Of a DNA stretch of 64,000 nt, positions 18,702 to 27,679 are shown one piece after another. The notes under the pieces are model-generated. The model saw only the letters and a list, made by a program, of their open reading frames with translations, did no database searches and had not been told where the DNA came from. Position 1 is the stretch's first letter; each line of letters begins with the position of its first letter. Location: the NCBI GenBank assembly GCA_023134135.1, contig JAGLVB010000003.1, forward strand, positions 16,630 through 80,629, in the 5' to 3' direction. Source of the DNA: Candidatus Aenigmatarchaeota archaeon (GTDB lineage: Archaea > Aenigmatarchaeota > Aenigmatarchaeia > QMZS01). A program made the translations under genes and the position numbers.

Positions 18702-19187
18702 TCATCCTAACAATTTATTTATCTTTTCGCCGGTAATTTTTTTCATAACTATCATTTTTCCAAACCAATTAAAATACCGTTCCATTTGTTTGTATTCATT
18801 TTTTAATTTAAGCAATTTTGGATTTTTATTAATGCCTTTAATCTGTTCCAAACCATTAATTAATGGTTTAACATCGCATTCTAAGAATCTTTTGATTATT
18901 GCATTAAATGCTTCTATAAAAGACATGGCAAGTTCGTATAATTTTTCTCTTCCTTTACCTCTAACAGACCTAATCATGTTTAACTTCTCAAGAATTTTAA
19001 GACTTGGACTGACTAAACTTAAACTATATCCTGTTTTTTTTGCTATATCTTTTTGGGATAAATTGGAATCTGCAAACAAAAGAGTTGCCCACACTCTCCC
19101 TGTTGGCTCCCCAAGACCCCATTGTTTTGAAATTTTTCCAATTCTGTCAATAAAATCTTTCTCATTTTTAGTTATATTTTGCGCCAT
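18702..19187 (-). CDS. Winged-helix transcriptional regulator (COG1510 / GbsR-MarR-like)
   Basis: The HTH region is LSQKDIAKKTGYSLSLVSPSLKILEKLNMI, and the gene heads the regulator/FtsX/ABC operon as in other archaea. Confidence 0.55.
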   Translation of the reverse strand: MAQNITKNEKDFIDRIGKISKQWGLGEPTGRVWATLLFADSNLSQKDIAKKTGYSLSLVSPSLKILEKLNMIRSVRGKGREKLYELAMSFIEAFNAIIKRFLECDVKPLINGLEQIKGINKNPKLLKLKNEYKQMERYFNWFGKMIVMKKITGEKINKLLG

Positions 19188-19338
19188 TTTTATTCACAAA
19201 GTTCAGTTTTCAATAGGTTATCTCCAAACATAATTATAAATATTTCTTTTTTATTCTTATTTTGAATATTTGCTTCGCAGAGATTTATTGAAATTGAAAA
19301 TCTTATTAAATATAATAAATGAGGGTGGATAAATTCAA

Positions 19339-21051
19339 TCACTTCCTCTCATGCCTTGGTTTATTATGACCCACATCCCTTCGATGATTCAGATTATCTA
19401 TATGGTGTATCTTTTCCTTTAAGAATTTGTTTATATCCAAACCGTATTCTTCAATCATCATTGATGCGCGGGTTCCTCCCAAAAGATGCGGCATTAAAAC
19501 ATAAGTTGCGCCCTTATGATATAAATTCATAGCTTCATCAATCTGGTGGGAAACAACAATTATAATTGCATCTTTGTTTGATTCCCTTATTTTGCTTATT
19601 AACATAAGAGTTGTATCAAAATCAGGGATTGTGGATACAAACATTTTTGCTTTTGAAAGTTTAAGGTCATCCAGCAATTCATAATCATTCACATCCCCAT
19701 ACCTGCAATTCATTCCGTCCTTTGATAATTTTCTTATGATTACAGGATCATAATCCACCACAAGATATTTCTTTTTTATCCTCCGGATGGAATCAAGTAT
19801 ATCATATCCAATTCTGTTATAACCAAAAAGAATCACATCATAATCCTCCTCTTTAAATCTGTTCTGCGCATCAATTCTTTTACCTTCTCTCTCAAATATA
19901 CTTAGATATTTTGATAAATGAGTATATATATTGTTTGAATAAAGCATGATATAAGTTGATACAGAAATTGTGATAAAACCTATAACAGTTACAACAGATA
20001 ATATTTCCGGGGCTAAATGTCCTGCCGCAACACCCAGAGCTATCATAATCAATGAAAATTCGCTTATCTGACCTGAAGTAATTCCTGTCATAAAACTGGT
20101 TCTCTTTGTATACCCTAAAAATCCAAGAAGAGAAGTCACTATAAGAGGATTTATAAAAATCACAAATGCTGAAAATACAAAAATAGGCAACAAATAAGGG
20201 ATAACATTTGCTATAACTATTTGGGAGCCGATGGATATAAAAAATAAGATTATGAAGAAATCACGGATAGGTCTCATCTTGGAACTTATTTCATATCTAT
20301 AAGGCGATAAAGCCAAAGTAACTCCTGCGAGCAAAGCGCCGGTTTCTACAGAAAAATTCAGGTAGTGAAACAACATTGATAATGAAAAACACCATCCAAG
20401 CGAGAAAAGCAACAGATATTCCTGAGATTTTGCAACCACCTCAGTAATCTTTGGGAGGGCATAATAGCCTATTAAGAATACTCCGACAATCAGACCGCTG
20501 CCTTTCAAAAGAGTTTCAAAGGCAATTTCCATAACACTGCCTCCTCTTGAAAACGAAGTTATTACCATCAATATTAGTATCACAATTAAATCCTGAATAA
20601 TCAGGTAACCAATAGACAAATAACCATATAAAGTTCCTGTATCATTCTTATCAGATAAAATTTTCATTACAACAATCGTGCTGCTGAATGCCAATGCAAC
20701 AGAAATATACAGAGAAGAGGTTACAGAAAAACCAAAAAAAGTGCAAATCATATAGCCAATTAAAGTGGCTATAGCAAATTGTCCAATACCTGTAACTAAT
20801 GAAGGCTTCCCCAATTCCTTTATTATCTTTGGGTTCAAGCCCAATCCAACCACAAATAGAAGCAAAGCTATTCCCATATGTGAGAGAGAAATTATGGTTT
20901 CATTTGTTGGACCAACATTCAAAAAACTTGCTATAAGCCCAGTCAAAAGGTAGCCTATAATCAAAGGCTGCCTGATTAATCTAATAAACCCGCAAACAAC
21001 CATTGCGAGTATAATCATAAAACTCAACTCAACAAAGACACTTTCTATCAT
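19339..21051 (-). CDS. Monovalent cation:proton antiporter (CPA2/Kef type) with C-terminal TrkA-N (RCK) domain
   Basis: About 12 helices begin with IIGYLLTGLIASF. The C-terminal Rossmann-like segment reads DVILFGYNRIGYDILDSI. Confidence 0.8.
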   Translation of the reverse strand: MIESVFVELSFMIILAMVVCGFIRLIRQPLIIGYLLTGLIASFLNVGPTNETIISLSHMGIALLLFVVGLGLNPKIIKELGKPSLVTGIGQFAIATLIGYMICTFFGFSVTSSLYISVALAFSSTIVVMKILSDKNDTGTLYGYLSIGYLIIQDLIVILILMVITSFSRGGSVMEIAFETLLKGSGLIVGVFLIGYYALPKITEVVAKSQEYLLLFSLGWCFSLSMLFHYLNFSVETGALLAGVTLALSPYRYEISSKMRPIRDFFIILFFISIGSQIVIANVIPYLLPIFVFSAFVIFINPLIVTSLLGFLGYTKRTSFMTGITSGQISEFSLIMIALGVAAGHLAPEILSVVTVIGFITISVSTYIMLYSNNIYTHLSKYLSIFEREGKRIDAQNRFKEEDYDVILFGYNRIGYDILDSIRRIKKKYLVVDYDPVIIRKLSKDGMNCRYGDVNDYELLDDLKLSKAKMFVSTIPDFDTTLMLISKIRESNKDAIIIVVSHQIDEAMNLYHKGATYVLMPHLLGGTRASMMIEEYGLDINKFLKEKIHHIDNLNHRRDVGHNKPRHERK

Positions 21052-21085
21052 ATTCTAAGCATAATATTAGTGATTAATTAAGGAT

Positions 21086-21610
21086 TTAAAAACTCTGATA
21101 ATTTTTAGGTATTTTTCTGTGAATATCTCTGTTTTCACAACCGGGTATTTTCTTTAAGTCAAATAACTCATAAGTTATTATTCCATATAAACCCCTATCC
21201 ATTTTATCTACAATCTCTAAACTTGATTTCTTTAAACCCTTTAAAGATTCTTCTACATTTTGTCCATCATCAACCTGTTCTTCCAAAGTTTCAAAAGCAT
21301 CTTTAAAATCAGGATATAAATCCCTGCATGCGAAATAATGCTCTGTATATTTATTCACAGGAAGTTTTTCAAAATTAAGTTCTTCATAAACAGCATCTAA
21401 ATAACGGAATATATCTTTCATCACAGGGATAGTCTCTTTTAAACTATTAGGATAATCTAATATTAAACCAGACATCACAGTAATACTTGTAACTTTGTTT
21501 CCGTAATTATGATAAAATCCAGATTCATAATCTCTTAATCTATCATCCAGACATCTTGCTTCTTCTATTCTATCCTCAGGCACTTTATCCCAGTCGATTT
21601 CACTCACCAT
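21086..21610 (-). CDS. Hypothetical protein
   Basis: 174-aa acidic protein with no recognised motif. Confidence 0.4.
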   Translation of the reverse strand: MVSEIDWDKVPEDRIEEARCLDDRLRDYESGFYHNYGNKVTSITVMSGLILDYPNSLKETIPVMKDIFRYLDAVYEELNFEKLPVNKYTEHYFACRDLYPDFKDAFETLEEQVDDGQNVEESLKGLKKSSLEIVDKMDRGLYGIITYELFDLKKIPGCENRDIHRKIPKNYQSF

Positions 21611-21721
21611 AACGAGAAAGGCAATAAATTGATTTATTGGCTTTGAGAATATTTTTATAAAATATAATCTGTTTTCTTTCTCTCAAAATCTGTACTTCTT
21701 TTTAAAAAGAAAAGGGTTTTT

Positions 21722-22603
21722 ATGGATAAAGAGGTTCTTGAGAAATACAAAAAAGCAGGAGAAATAGCAAAAACTGTAAGAGATGAAGGAAAAATTATGG
21801 TAAAACCCGGGATTAAAATTGTGGATATTGCGGAAAAAATCGAATCAAGAACAATAGAATTAGGAGGAATTCCAGCATGGCCTGTTAATATTTCAATCAA
21901 TGATATTGCAGCCCACTACTCCCCTTCAAAGAATGATGAAACCGAGATTAAGAAAGGAGATGTTGTGAAACTTGATGTTGGCGTCTCAGTTGAGGGATAT
22001 ATTGCAGATACAGCAGTCACAATCGCACTTTCTGAAAAAGATAAAAAACTGGTAGAAGCCTCTGAAAAAGCTCTTGAAGAAGCAATAAAATTGGTAAAAC
22101 CCGGGGTTGATGTAAAAAAGATTTCCGCGAAGATTGAGGAAGTGATTGAAAGTTATGGATTTAAACCAATTACCAACCTGACAGGACACGGGCTTGAACA
22201 ATATATAATCCACTCAGAACCAAGAATTTCCAATTACAAAGATGATTATTCTTATATCCTTGAAGAAGGGGAAGTTATAGCAATAGAACCTTTTGTTACA
22301 AGAGGAAGAAATTACATCAAAGAAGAAGATGAAAGCAGGGCTTTGATTTATTCTTTAATTCAGGAAAAACCGTGCAGGTCAAGGGAAGCGAAGGAAATAA
22401 TAAAGAAAATGAGCGACAGACAGGGACTTCCTTTTTCAGACAGGTGGGTAGATGCAAGCGGGATAAAACTAAGACTTGCATTAAACGAACTCAGCAGAAG
22501 AGAATGCATTAGTTCATACAAAATATTGAGAGGAGACTCAAAAATAACGCAATCTGAGCATACAATTATTGTTCTGGATAAACCTATTGTGATTACTCGA
22601 TAA
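21722..22603 (+). CDS. map: Methionine aminopeptidase, type 2 (archaeal)
   Basis: The pita-bread-fold metal ligands are in context (AAHYSP, VKLDVGVSVEGYIADTA, GHGLEQYIIHSEP, IAIEPF), and the 293-aa length fits the archaeal enzyme. Confidence 0.85.
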   Translation: MDKEVLEKYKKAGEIAKTVRDEGKIMVKPGIKIVDIAEKIESRTIELGGIPAWPVNISINDIAAHYSPSKNDETEIKKGDVVKLDVGVSVEGYIADTAVTIALSEKDKKLVEASEKALEEAIKLVKPGVDVKKISAKIEEVIESYGFKPITNLTGHGLEQYIIHSEPRISNYKDDYSYILEEGEVIAIEPFVTRGRNYIKEEDESRALIYSLIQEKPCRSREAKEIIKKMSDRQGLPFSDRWVDASGIKLRLALNELSRRECISSYKILRGDSKITQSEHTIIVLDKPIVITR

Positions 22604-22618
22604 ATTAACGGTTCTGTG

Positions 22619-23167
22619 TTAATTAGATTGTCTCAAAAATTCTTTTTCTTCTTCAGTGGATTTTCTTCCCAATATTTTATTTCTATGGGGAAATCTGCCA
22701 AATTTAGATATAATTTTGTTGTAATCATTTGATGACTGATAAATCCATCCAAATGTTTTCGGGTTTTTTTCATAAAGTTCTTTGAAAACTTGATTAGCTA
22801 TTTTTTGATGCTCTGGATTTTCAGAATGGTGGTACGGAAAAAACACAAACATAATCTCTAATGGTGAAAGTTTTTTGTATTCAGAGTTCTCAAACATTTC
22901 TGTTGTAATTTCACGGGCAAGTTTGTCTGTGTCATATATTTTAGAATCATTATCATCAAAAATCACTCTCGGAGCTTGGTCGTAAATCAAAATTAATGCA
23001 AGATTCCCTTTAATTGTCTCTTTCCCCTGTTGGGGTTTATTTTGAAGTGCTGTATGATAATATATTTTTAGAATATCTTTTGATTTTAAAATTATTTTAA
23101 TTGCTTTACCTCTATTTGTCCAATCTTGAAGAAATATTTTGATTATGTCATTTGGATTGTATTCCAT
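22619..23167 (-). CDS. DUF924-family protein
   Basis: Carries the characteristic FGRFPHRN block near the C-terminus and is about 180 aa. Confidence 0.6.
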   Translation of the reverse strand: MEYNPNDIIKIFLQDWTNRGKAIKIILKSKDILKIYYHTALQNKPQQGKETIKGNLALILIYDQAPRVIFDDNDSKIYDTDKLAREITTEMFENSEYKKLSPLEIMFVFFPYHHSENPEHQKIANQVFKELYEKNPKTFGWIYQSSNDYNKIISKFGRFPHRNKILGRKSTEEEKEFLRQSN

Positions 23168-23188
23168 AGTTATATATAGAAGGAAATA

Positions 23189-23872
23189 ATGATTATGAAA
23201 GAAAACTGTTATATAACTTCACTAAGAACAACTCATAAAGATAGAGAAAAAGAACTTACAGGTCCTTGCGGACCCTGTTCATTCATCAACCTAACAAAAT
23301 CAAAAGGCAGTTTTGAATTTGAAAAGAAACTTTCGGATATGGGAAGATTAAAACCTTTTCTTGTGTGTTATTACATTTCTTTTTTAGTGTGGGGAAAGAA
23401 ATTCAAAAAAGATTTTAAAGTCTTTACCTCATCAAGAAAATTAACTAAGAAAGGGTTTAATCTAATAATTGCGTATGAAAACAAGTATGAAAATAAATAT
23501 GGGGGTATATCAAAAGAGAAACTAAAAAAATTTAAAGAACAGGCAATTAAAACTCACGAGAAAATAGACAAAAGATTTTCCAATAAAATTAAACTTTTAA
23601 GGGAGCCATTACAAAAATTAGATAAACTTCTTGAACAAGGTTATCGGGTTGCGGTTCTTACTTCAAGTTTTTATTTTGATGATGATTTTAACAAAAAGAA
23701 TCCAGCACCACATTGGATTGTCGCATTTAAGAAAGAAAAAAATAAATATTGGTTCTGCGACTCTGCAAATGGGATAATCTCTTTTACAAAAAAACAACTT
23801 GAGAAGGGCTGGAAAATAAACAAAAAGGATGGTTTTTCTGCTCAATTAGTAGCCTATAAAGAGAAAGAATAA
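23189..23872 (+). CDS. Hypothetical protein, possibly a papain-like (C39-like) peptidase fold
   Basis: LTGPCGPCSFINL resembles the C39 Cys motif (CGxAC), and PHWIVAF resembles the C39 His motif (HyvVl). Both lie in the order expected for a Cys-His papain-like domain. The call is weak. Confidence 0.3.
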   Translation: MIMKENCYITSLRTTHKDREKELTGPCGPCSFINLTKSKGSFEFEKKLSDMGRLKPFLVCYYISFLVWGKKFKKDFKVFTSSRKLTKKGFNLIIAYENKYENKYGGISKEKLKKFKEQAIKTHEKIDKRFSNKIKLLREPLQKLDKLLEQGYRVAVLTSSFYFDDDFNKKNPAPHWIVAFKKEKNKYWFCDSANGIISFTKKQLEKGWKINKKDGFSAQLVAYKEKE

Positions 23873-23914
23873 TCATGTCTTTTGGGAATTAATACTTCAA
23901 TAATATCTTAAGGC

Positions 23915-24508
23915 TTATATTTTTTTACGCGCTCCATTTAATAAGTTTTTTAAAGAATCATAAGCTTTAGTTGCGTAAGAGGTATCAGAAGGATTATCCG
24001 AGCCAACAACTTCTGGAGGTTGATAATTAGGTAAATCCTTAACTCTTGAGGATAACAAAACTTCCCGTGTAGAAGGATCTATTATCCTTATTTCTCTCGA
24101 TCCAGACGCCTTATATAAATCATATCCTTTTTCTAAAGCTTCTTCTGGATTTTGTGCTTTTACAATTTTAGTGGAAGGTATAGACATAAATGCACCTGGT
24201 ATATAAACTACATAAAGATAATATCCTCCTGAACCTGCTTCGTAGGATGCTACATTGTTTCCTAAATCATCCTTTATTTCTACTTGATTCAATCCTGAAG
24301 AATCAGTATATTCTTTCATAATTTGTCTTAATGCACTCTCAGAATCGGTTGCTTCTACAACTCCAGTCTTATTTATCTTGTAGTTGTATTCTTTTAATTC
24401 TCCACCAGTTTCTGCTTCTCCATCCATTTTCACCACTAATAAATAAGTATTTATACTATATATAGTTTTCGGTAGTGAAATATATATTTTAGAGTAAATA
24501 GATTTCAC
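23915..24508 (-). CDS. Hypothetical protein
   Basis: 197-aa ORF. An internal Met (MDGEAETGG) may be the true start. Confidence 0.35.
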   Translation of the reverse strand: MKSIYSKIYISLPKTIYSINTYLLVVKMDGEAETGGELKEYNYKINKTGVVEATDSESALRQIMKEYTDSSGLNQVEIKDDLGNNVASYEAGSGGYYLYVVYIPGAFMSIPSTKIVKAQNPEEALEKGYDLYKASGSREIRIIDPSTREVLLSSRVKDLPNYQPPEVVGSDNPSDTSYATKAYDSLKNLLNGARKKI

Positions 24509-24691
24509 TCAAAATAACTTGTTTTAGGATTTCAAGATAATCTTTTTTGGCTCGAGCTTCACTCGTTTTTCTTTGAACCCTCATTTCTGAAAGAAATGGG
24601 ACATTGTTTTCAAAGAAAACAAATGAAACGGTGCATAATTTTGCATAGCAAAATTAATGTTTTCTAAAAAGGCTTAACTTTATTAAATTTT

Positions 24692-25234
24692 GTGTTTATT
24701 ATGAGACTCGCATTCAGGAGAAGTGAAGCCGGGAGGTTTAAACGACTTAAAGAACGATGGAGAAGACCTGGAGGAATTCACAACAAAATGAGGGAAAGTA
24801 AAAAGGGAATTAAACCCAAAATAGGGTGGAAAAAACCGGAAGTGGAAGAAATCCCTATAATTAATAATTTATCTGAATTAAATGGATTAAAAATTAAAGA
24901 GATTATAATTTCATCAAAAACAGGTATGAAAAAAAGGCTGGAACTTGAGAAATTTTGCGTTGAAAAAAAGATAAAAATTCTAAATATTAAAAAATTGGTC
25001 AAAAAGAAAAAAATCGTGAAAAAGAAAGTTGAAAAAAAGACTGTGAGCGAAAAAATACCTGAAACAAAAAAAACACCAGTTAAAACAGAACCAATTAAAA
25101 AAAATGTTGATAAAAAAGAAGTAACTGAAGTTAAGAAAAAAGAAGAAACAAAACAAGTTGTTAAAGAATCCAAAAAGGACCTCAAGCCTTCAAACACTGC
25201 AACAGACGTTTCCACAGCTGAAGCAAAGAAATAA
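24692..25234 (+). CDS. rpl32e: Ribosomal protein eL32 with a long K/E/T-rich C-terminal extension
   Basis: RLKERWRRPGGIHNKMRESKKGIKPKIGWKKP matches the eL32 core. The last roughly 90 aa are a low-complexity lysine/glutamate-rich tail. Confidence 0.75.
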   Translation: MFIMRLAFRRSEAGRFKRLKERWRRPGGIHNKMRESKKGIKPKIGWKKPEVEEIPIINNLSELNGLKIKEIIISSKTGMKKRLELEKFCVEKKIKILNIKKLVKKKKIVKKKVEKKTVSEKIPETKKTPVKTEPIKKNVDKKEVTEVKKKEETKQVVKESKKDLKPSNTATDVSTAEAKK

Positions 25235-25266
25235 TTCAATTAGTTTAAATCTAATTCAATATAATT

Positions 25267-25872
25267 ATGGATAAAGAGAAATTGCAACTGATTTCCAATT
25301 TTACGAGCGCGCCAATATTTGGCAGTATTATATTTTTGATATTTATATTTTCTAAAATGGGAACCCTTCCAATCACTCAGATTGCTCTAATTTCAGTGAT
25401 ATCTCTTTTATTCATGACTGTAATTCCTGTTACCTATGTTGTTTTGTTTGTTAAAAAAAGGAAGAAATTTCAGGATATTGATTATGATATTTCTGATAGG
25501 AGTCTTAGAATAAAACCATTTCTTGCAGTTATAACAAGTTATGCAATTGGAATCGTTGCGTTATTCTCTATCAATGCCCCGGTTCTGGTAAAAGGTTTGA
25601 TGTTCTGTTATTTTTTAAATGGTCTGATAATGTTTTTAATCACATTATTCTGGAAAATCAGCATACACACTTCAGGAATCACAGGACCTTTAACTCTTCT
25701 CATTTATGAATTTGGTATTATTTATTCTCCATTGCTTCTTATTGCAATTCCTGTTGGGTGGATGAGAATAAAACTGAAAAAACATCTTCCTTCTCAGGTA
25801 ATTGCCGGCGCTGTCTTGACAATTATATTAACCTGGCTGCAAATTGTTTATATAATTGTGCCTTTCTTTTAA
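25267..25872 (+). CDS. Integral membrane protein (5-6 transmembrane helices), function unknown
   Basis: Hydrophobic helices run the whole length. ISIHTSG and HLPSQ are weak histidine motifs, not enough for a family call. Confidence 0.45.
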   Translation: MDKEKLQLISNFTSAPIFGSIIFLIFIFSKMGTLPITQIALISVISLLFMTVIPVTYVVLFVKKRKKFQDIDYDISDRSLRIKPFLAVITSYAIGIVALFSINAPVLVKGLMFCYFLNGLIMFLITLFWKISIHTSGITGPLTLLIYEFGIIYSPLLLIAIPVGWMRIKLKKHLPSQVIAGAVLTIILTWLQIVYIIVPFF

Positions 25873-26240
25873 TCCGTTGAAAAATAAAAAATCATTCAAA
25901 AAGTGAATTAACCATTTGTTCCTTATTTGTGCACCCGCTCAATAAAATCAGAATTCAAATTAGGGTCTTTGCCGCTATCTTATGCTTTAAACCCTGATTT
26001 TGAAAATTTCATATCTATTTTCCGCAAGTATTTCCGTAACTACTTTTTTTTCAAATTTCCCATTTACAAGCCGTCTATTGCCGTTTTATGAATCAAGTAT
26101 CAAAGTTGAGTTTGGATTTCGTCTGCGCAAATACAGGCGTTAAAATCATTGATAAAGTCACTGCAAACACTAAAAAACGATTATTTGTTTCTGTTTCATA
26201 TAATAGTTTGGATATTGGTATATATAATAAATTTAGAGAA

Positions 26241-27626
26241 CTATCGTCTACGCTTTACCTTAAATATCACTTTATCCCATGCAGTTGGGTCAAGTTTTGA
26301 AGTAGCATATATTTGTATTTCAGCATTATCGGGTAGCGAATCATCTTCCGTATATTTATTAATTATTAAACTGACTGTTTTATTTCCTTTGGGTGGAATA
26401 AGAACAGAATTATAAAATAACGAAATACCTCCATCTTCTGGTGAAAAAAAGTGTTCTTTATATCTTTTAAAGTATTCTTGCTGAAGGTCATTTGTTACCA
26501 AGAAATCAAACTTAACTTCATCTTCCAACTCACCCAGATTATTTATTGTCAAATTAATATAAAACACTCTATTATAATTTTCTTCTTTGACTTGAAGGGT
26601 ATTATTATCTCCAAGAAGAGATTTATCAAGTATTAACTCAATATCATGATTATCAATAGCAACAGGCACAAATATTATTGCGTTGGAACTCTTATTCTCA
26701 AAAGATACAACAACTTCAAAAGAATGGGTGCCCTCTTCTTTCGCTGTAATTGTCCAATTTATCTTTTTTTCAAAGTTGGGAAGTACATCAATGTGTTTTA
26801 TTAAATTATCGGATGTTATCAGTTCTGGTGGCAAACGCAAATCGCAACGAACATTTTTTGCGATTAAATCGCCGTAATTCTTAATGATTGCCTGAGCATT
26901 AAAATCCTCCCCCACCTTTACTGGTTTTTTAGATATTTCATCTTCATAGAGTTCATCCACACTCATAATACCAATTTCAGCAGGAATTGGACACTCCAAT
27001 GAAGTTGGCCAAAGTGTTTCATATATATAAACAAAAATATTGTGGGATTTATCTGTTAGCGAACTATCATTTATTGAATTCAACTTATTCGATAAATATT
27101 CTGATTTTATTTCCAGATAAACAGATGGTTGAATTTTTTTGCAGTCAATTTCCCAAGTTAATTCTTTTGATTCTCCCGGCAAAATTTTATCAATTCTTTT
27201 ATCATCAAAATCACGACTTTGTATAATTAAATTATTTAATTCTACATCCAATGGATTTGTTATTACTACTTTCAAAATTTTATTTTTAATACTTAATTCG
27301 TACCAAGGGTTCTTTTCAAATTTAATTACAGCTAATGGCCTGCGTTTATTTGGGTTTCTATCCACATAAATAATTGATTTTTGTGATGAATATAATTCTA
27401 TATAAGCCTCATCAAAATTGCTAAAATCTGCAAATCCTGGCGTTATATGCAATTCACTTATGCTGTCACGCATAGATTCTATTTTTCCAAGAATGATAAT
27501 TTCTTCAGCTGAAACAAGAATTAATTCGTTCTTTTGAATGTTATCTTTTTGGATATATCCTATAAAAAGGACGATTAATATTAATAAACAAATTAACCTA
27601 ATTTTGATTTTCTTTTCCATAATCAT
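26241..27626 (-). CDS. Secreted or membrane-anchored extracellular protein
   Basis: An N-terminal signal/anchor (IRLICLLILIVLFIGYI) is followed by a 430-aa hydrophilic beta-rich body. Confidence 0.45.
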   Translation of the reverse strand: MIMEKKIKIRLICLLILIVLFIGYIQKDNIQKNELILVSAEEIIILGKIESMRDSISELHITPGFADFSNFDEAYIELYSSQKSIIYVDRNPNKRRPLAVIKFEKNPWYELSIKNKILKVVITNPLDVELNNLIIQSRDFDDKRIDKILPGESKELTWEIDCKKIQPSVYLEIKSEYLSNKLNSINDSSLTDKSHNIFVYIYETLWPTSLECPIPAEIGIMSVDELYEDEISKKPVKVGEDFNAQAIIKNYGDLIAKNVRCDLRLPPELITSDNLIKHIDVLPNFEKKINWTITAKEEGTHSFEVVVSFENKSSNAIIFVPVAIDNHDIELILDKSLLGDNNTLQVKEENYNRVFYINLTINNLGELEDEVKFDFLVTNDLQQEYFKRYKEHFFSPEDGGISLFYNSVLIPPKGNKTVSLIINKYTEDDSLPDNAEIQIYATSKLDPTAWDKVIFKVKRRR

Positions 27627-27679
27627 AGTTTAATTGTATTGATTAATAAACTTTGCAAAAGCCTCGCAATTTCCGATAA

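Noticed and set aside
25873-26240. Possible SRP or RNase P RNA in the 370-bp convergent intergenic gap
   Set aside because: Apart from two short GC patches the region is AT-rich, with no extended complementary segments. The small ORFs listed there (26088-26300, 26149-26415) have no coding features.
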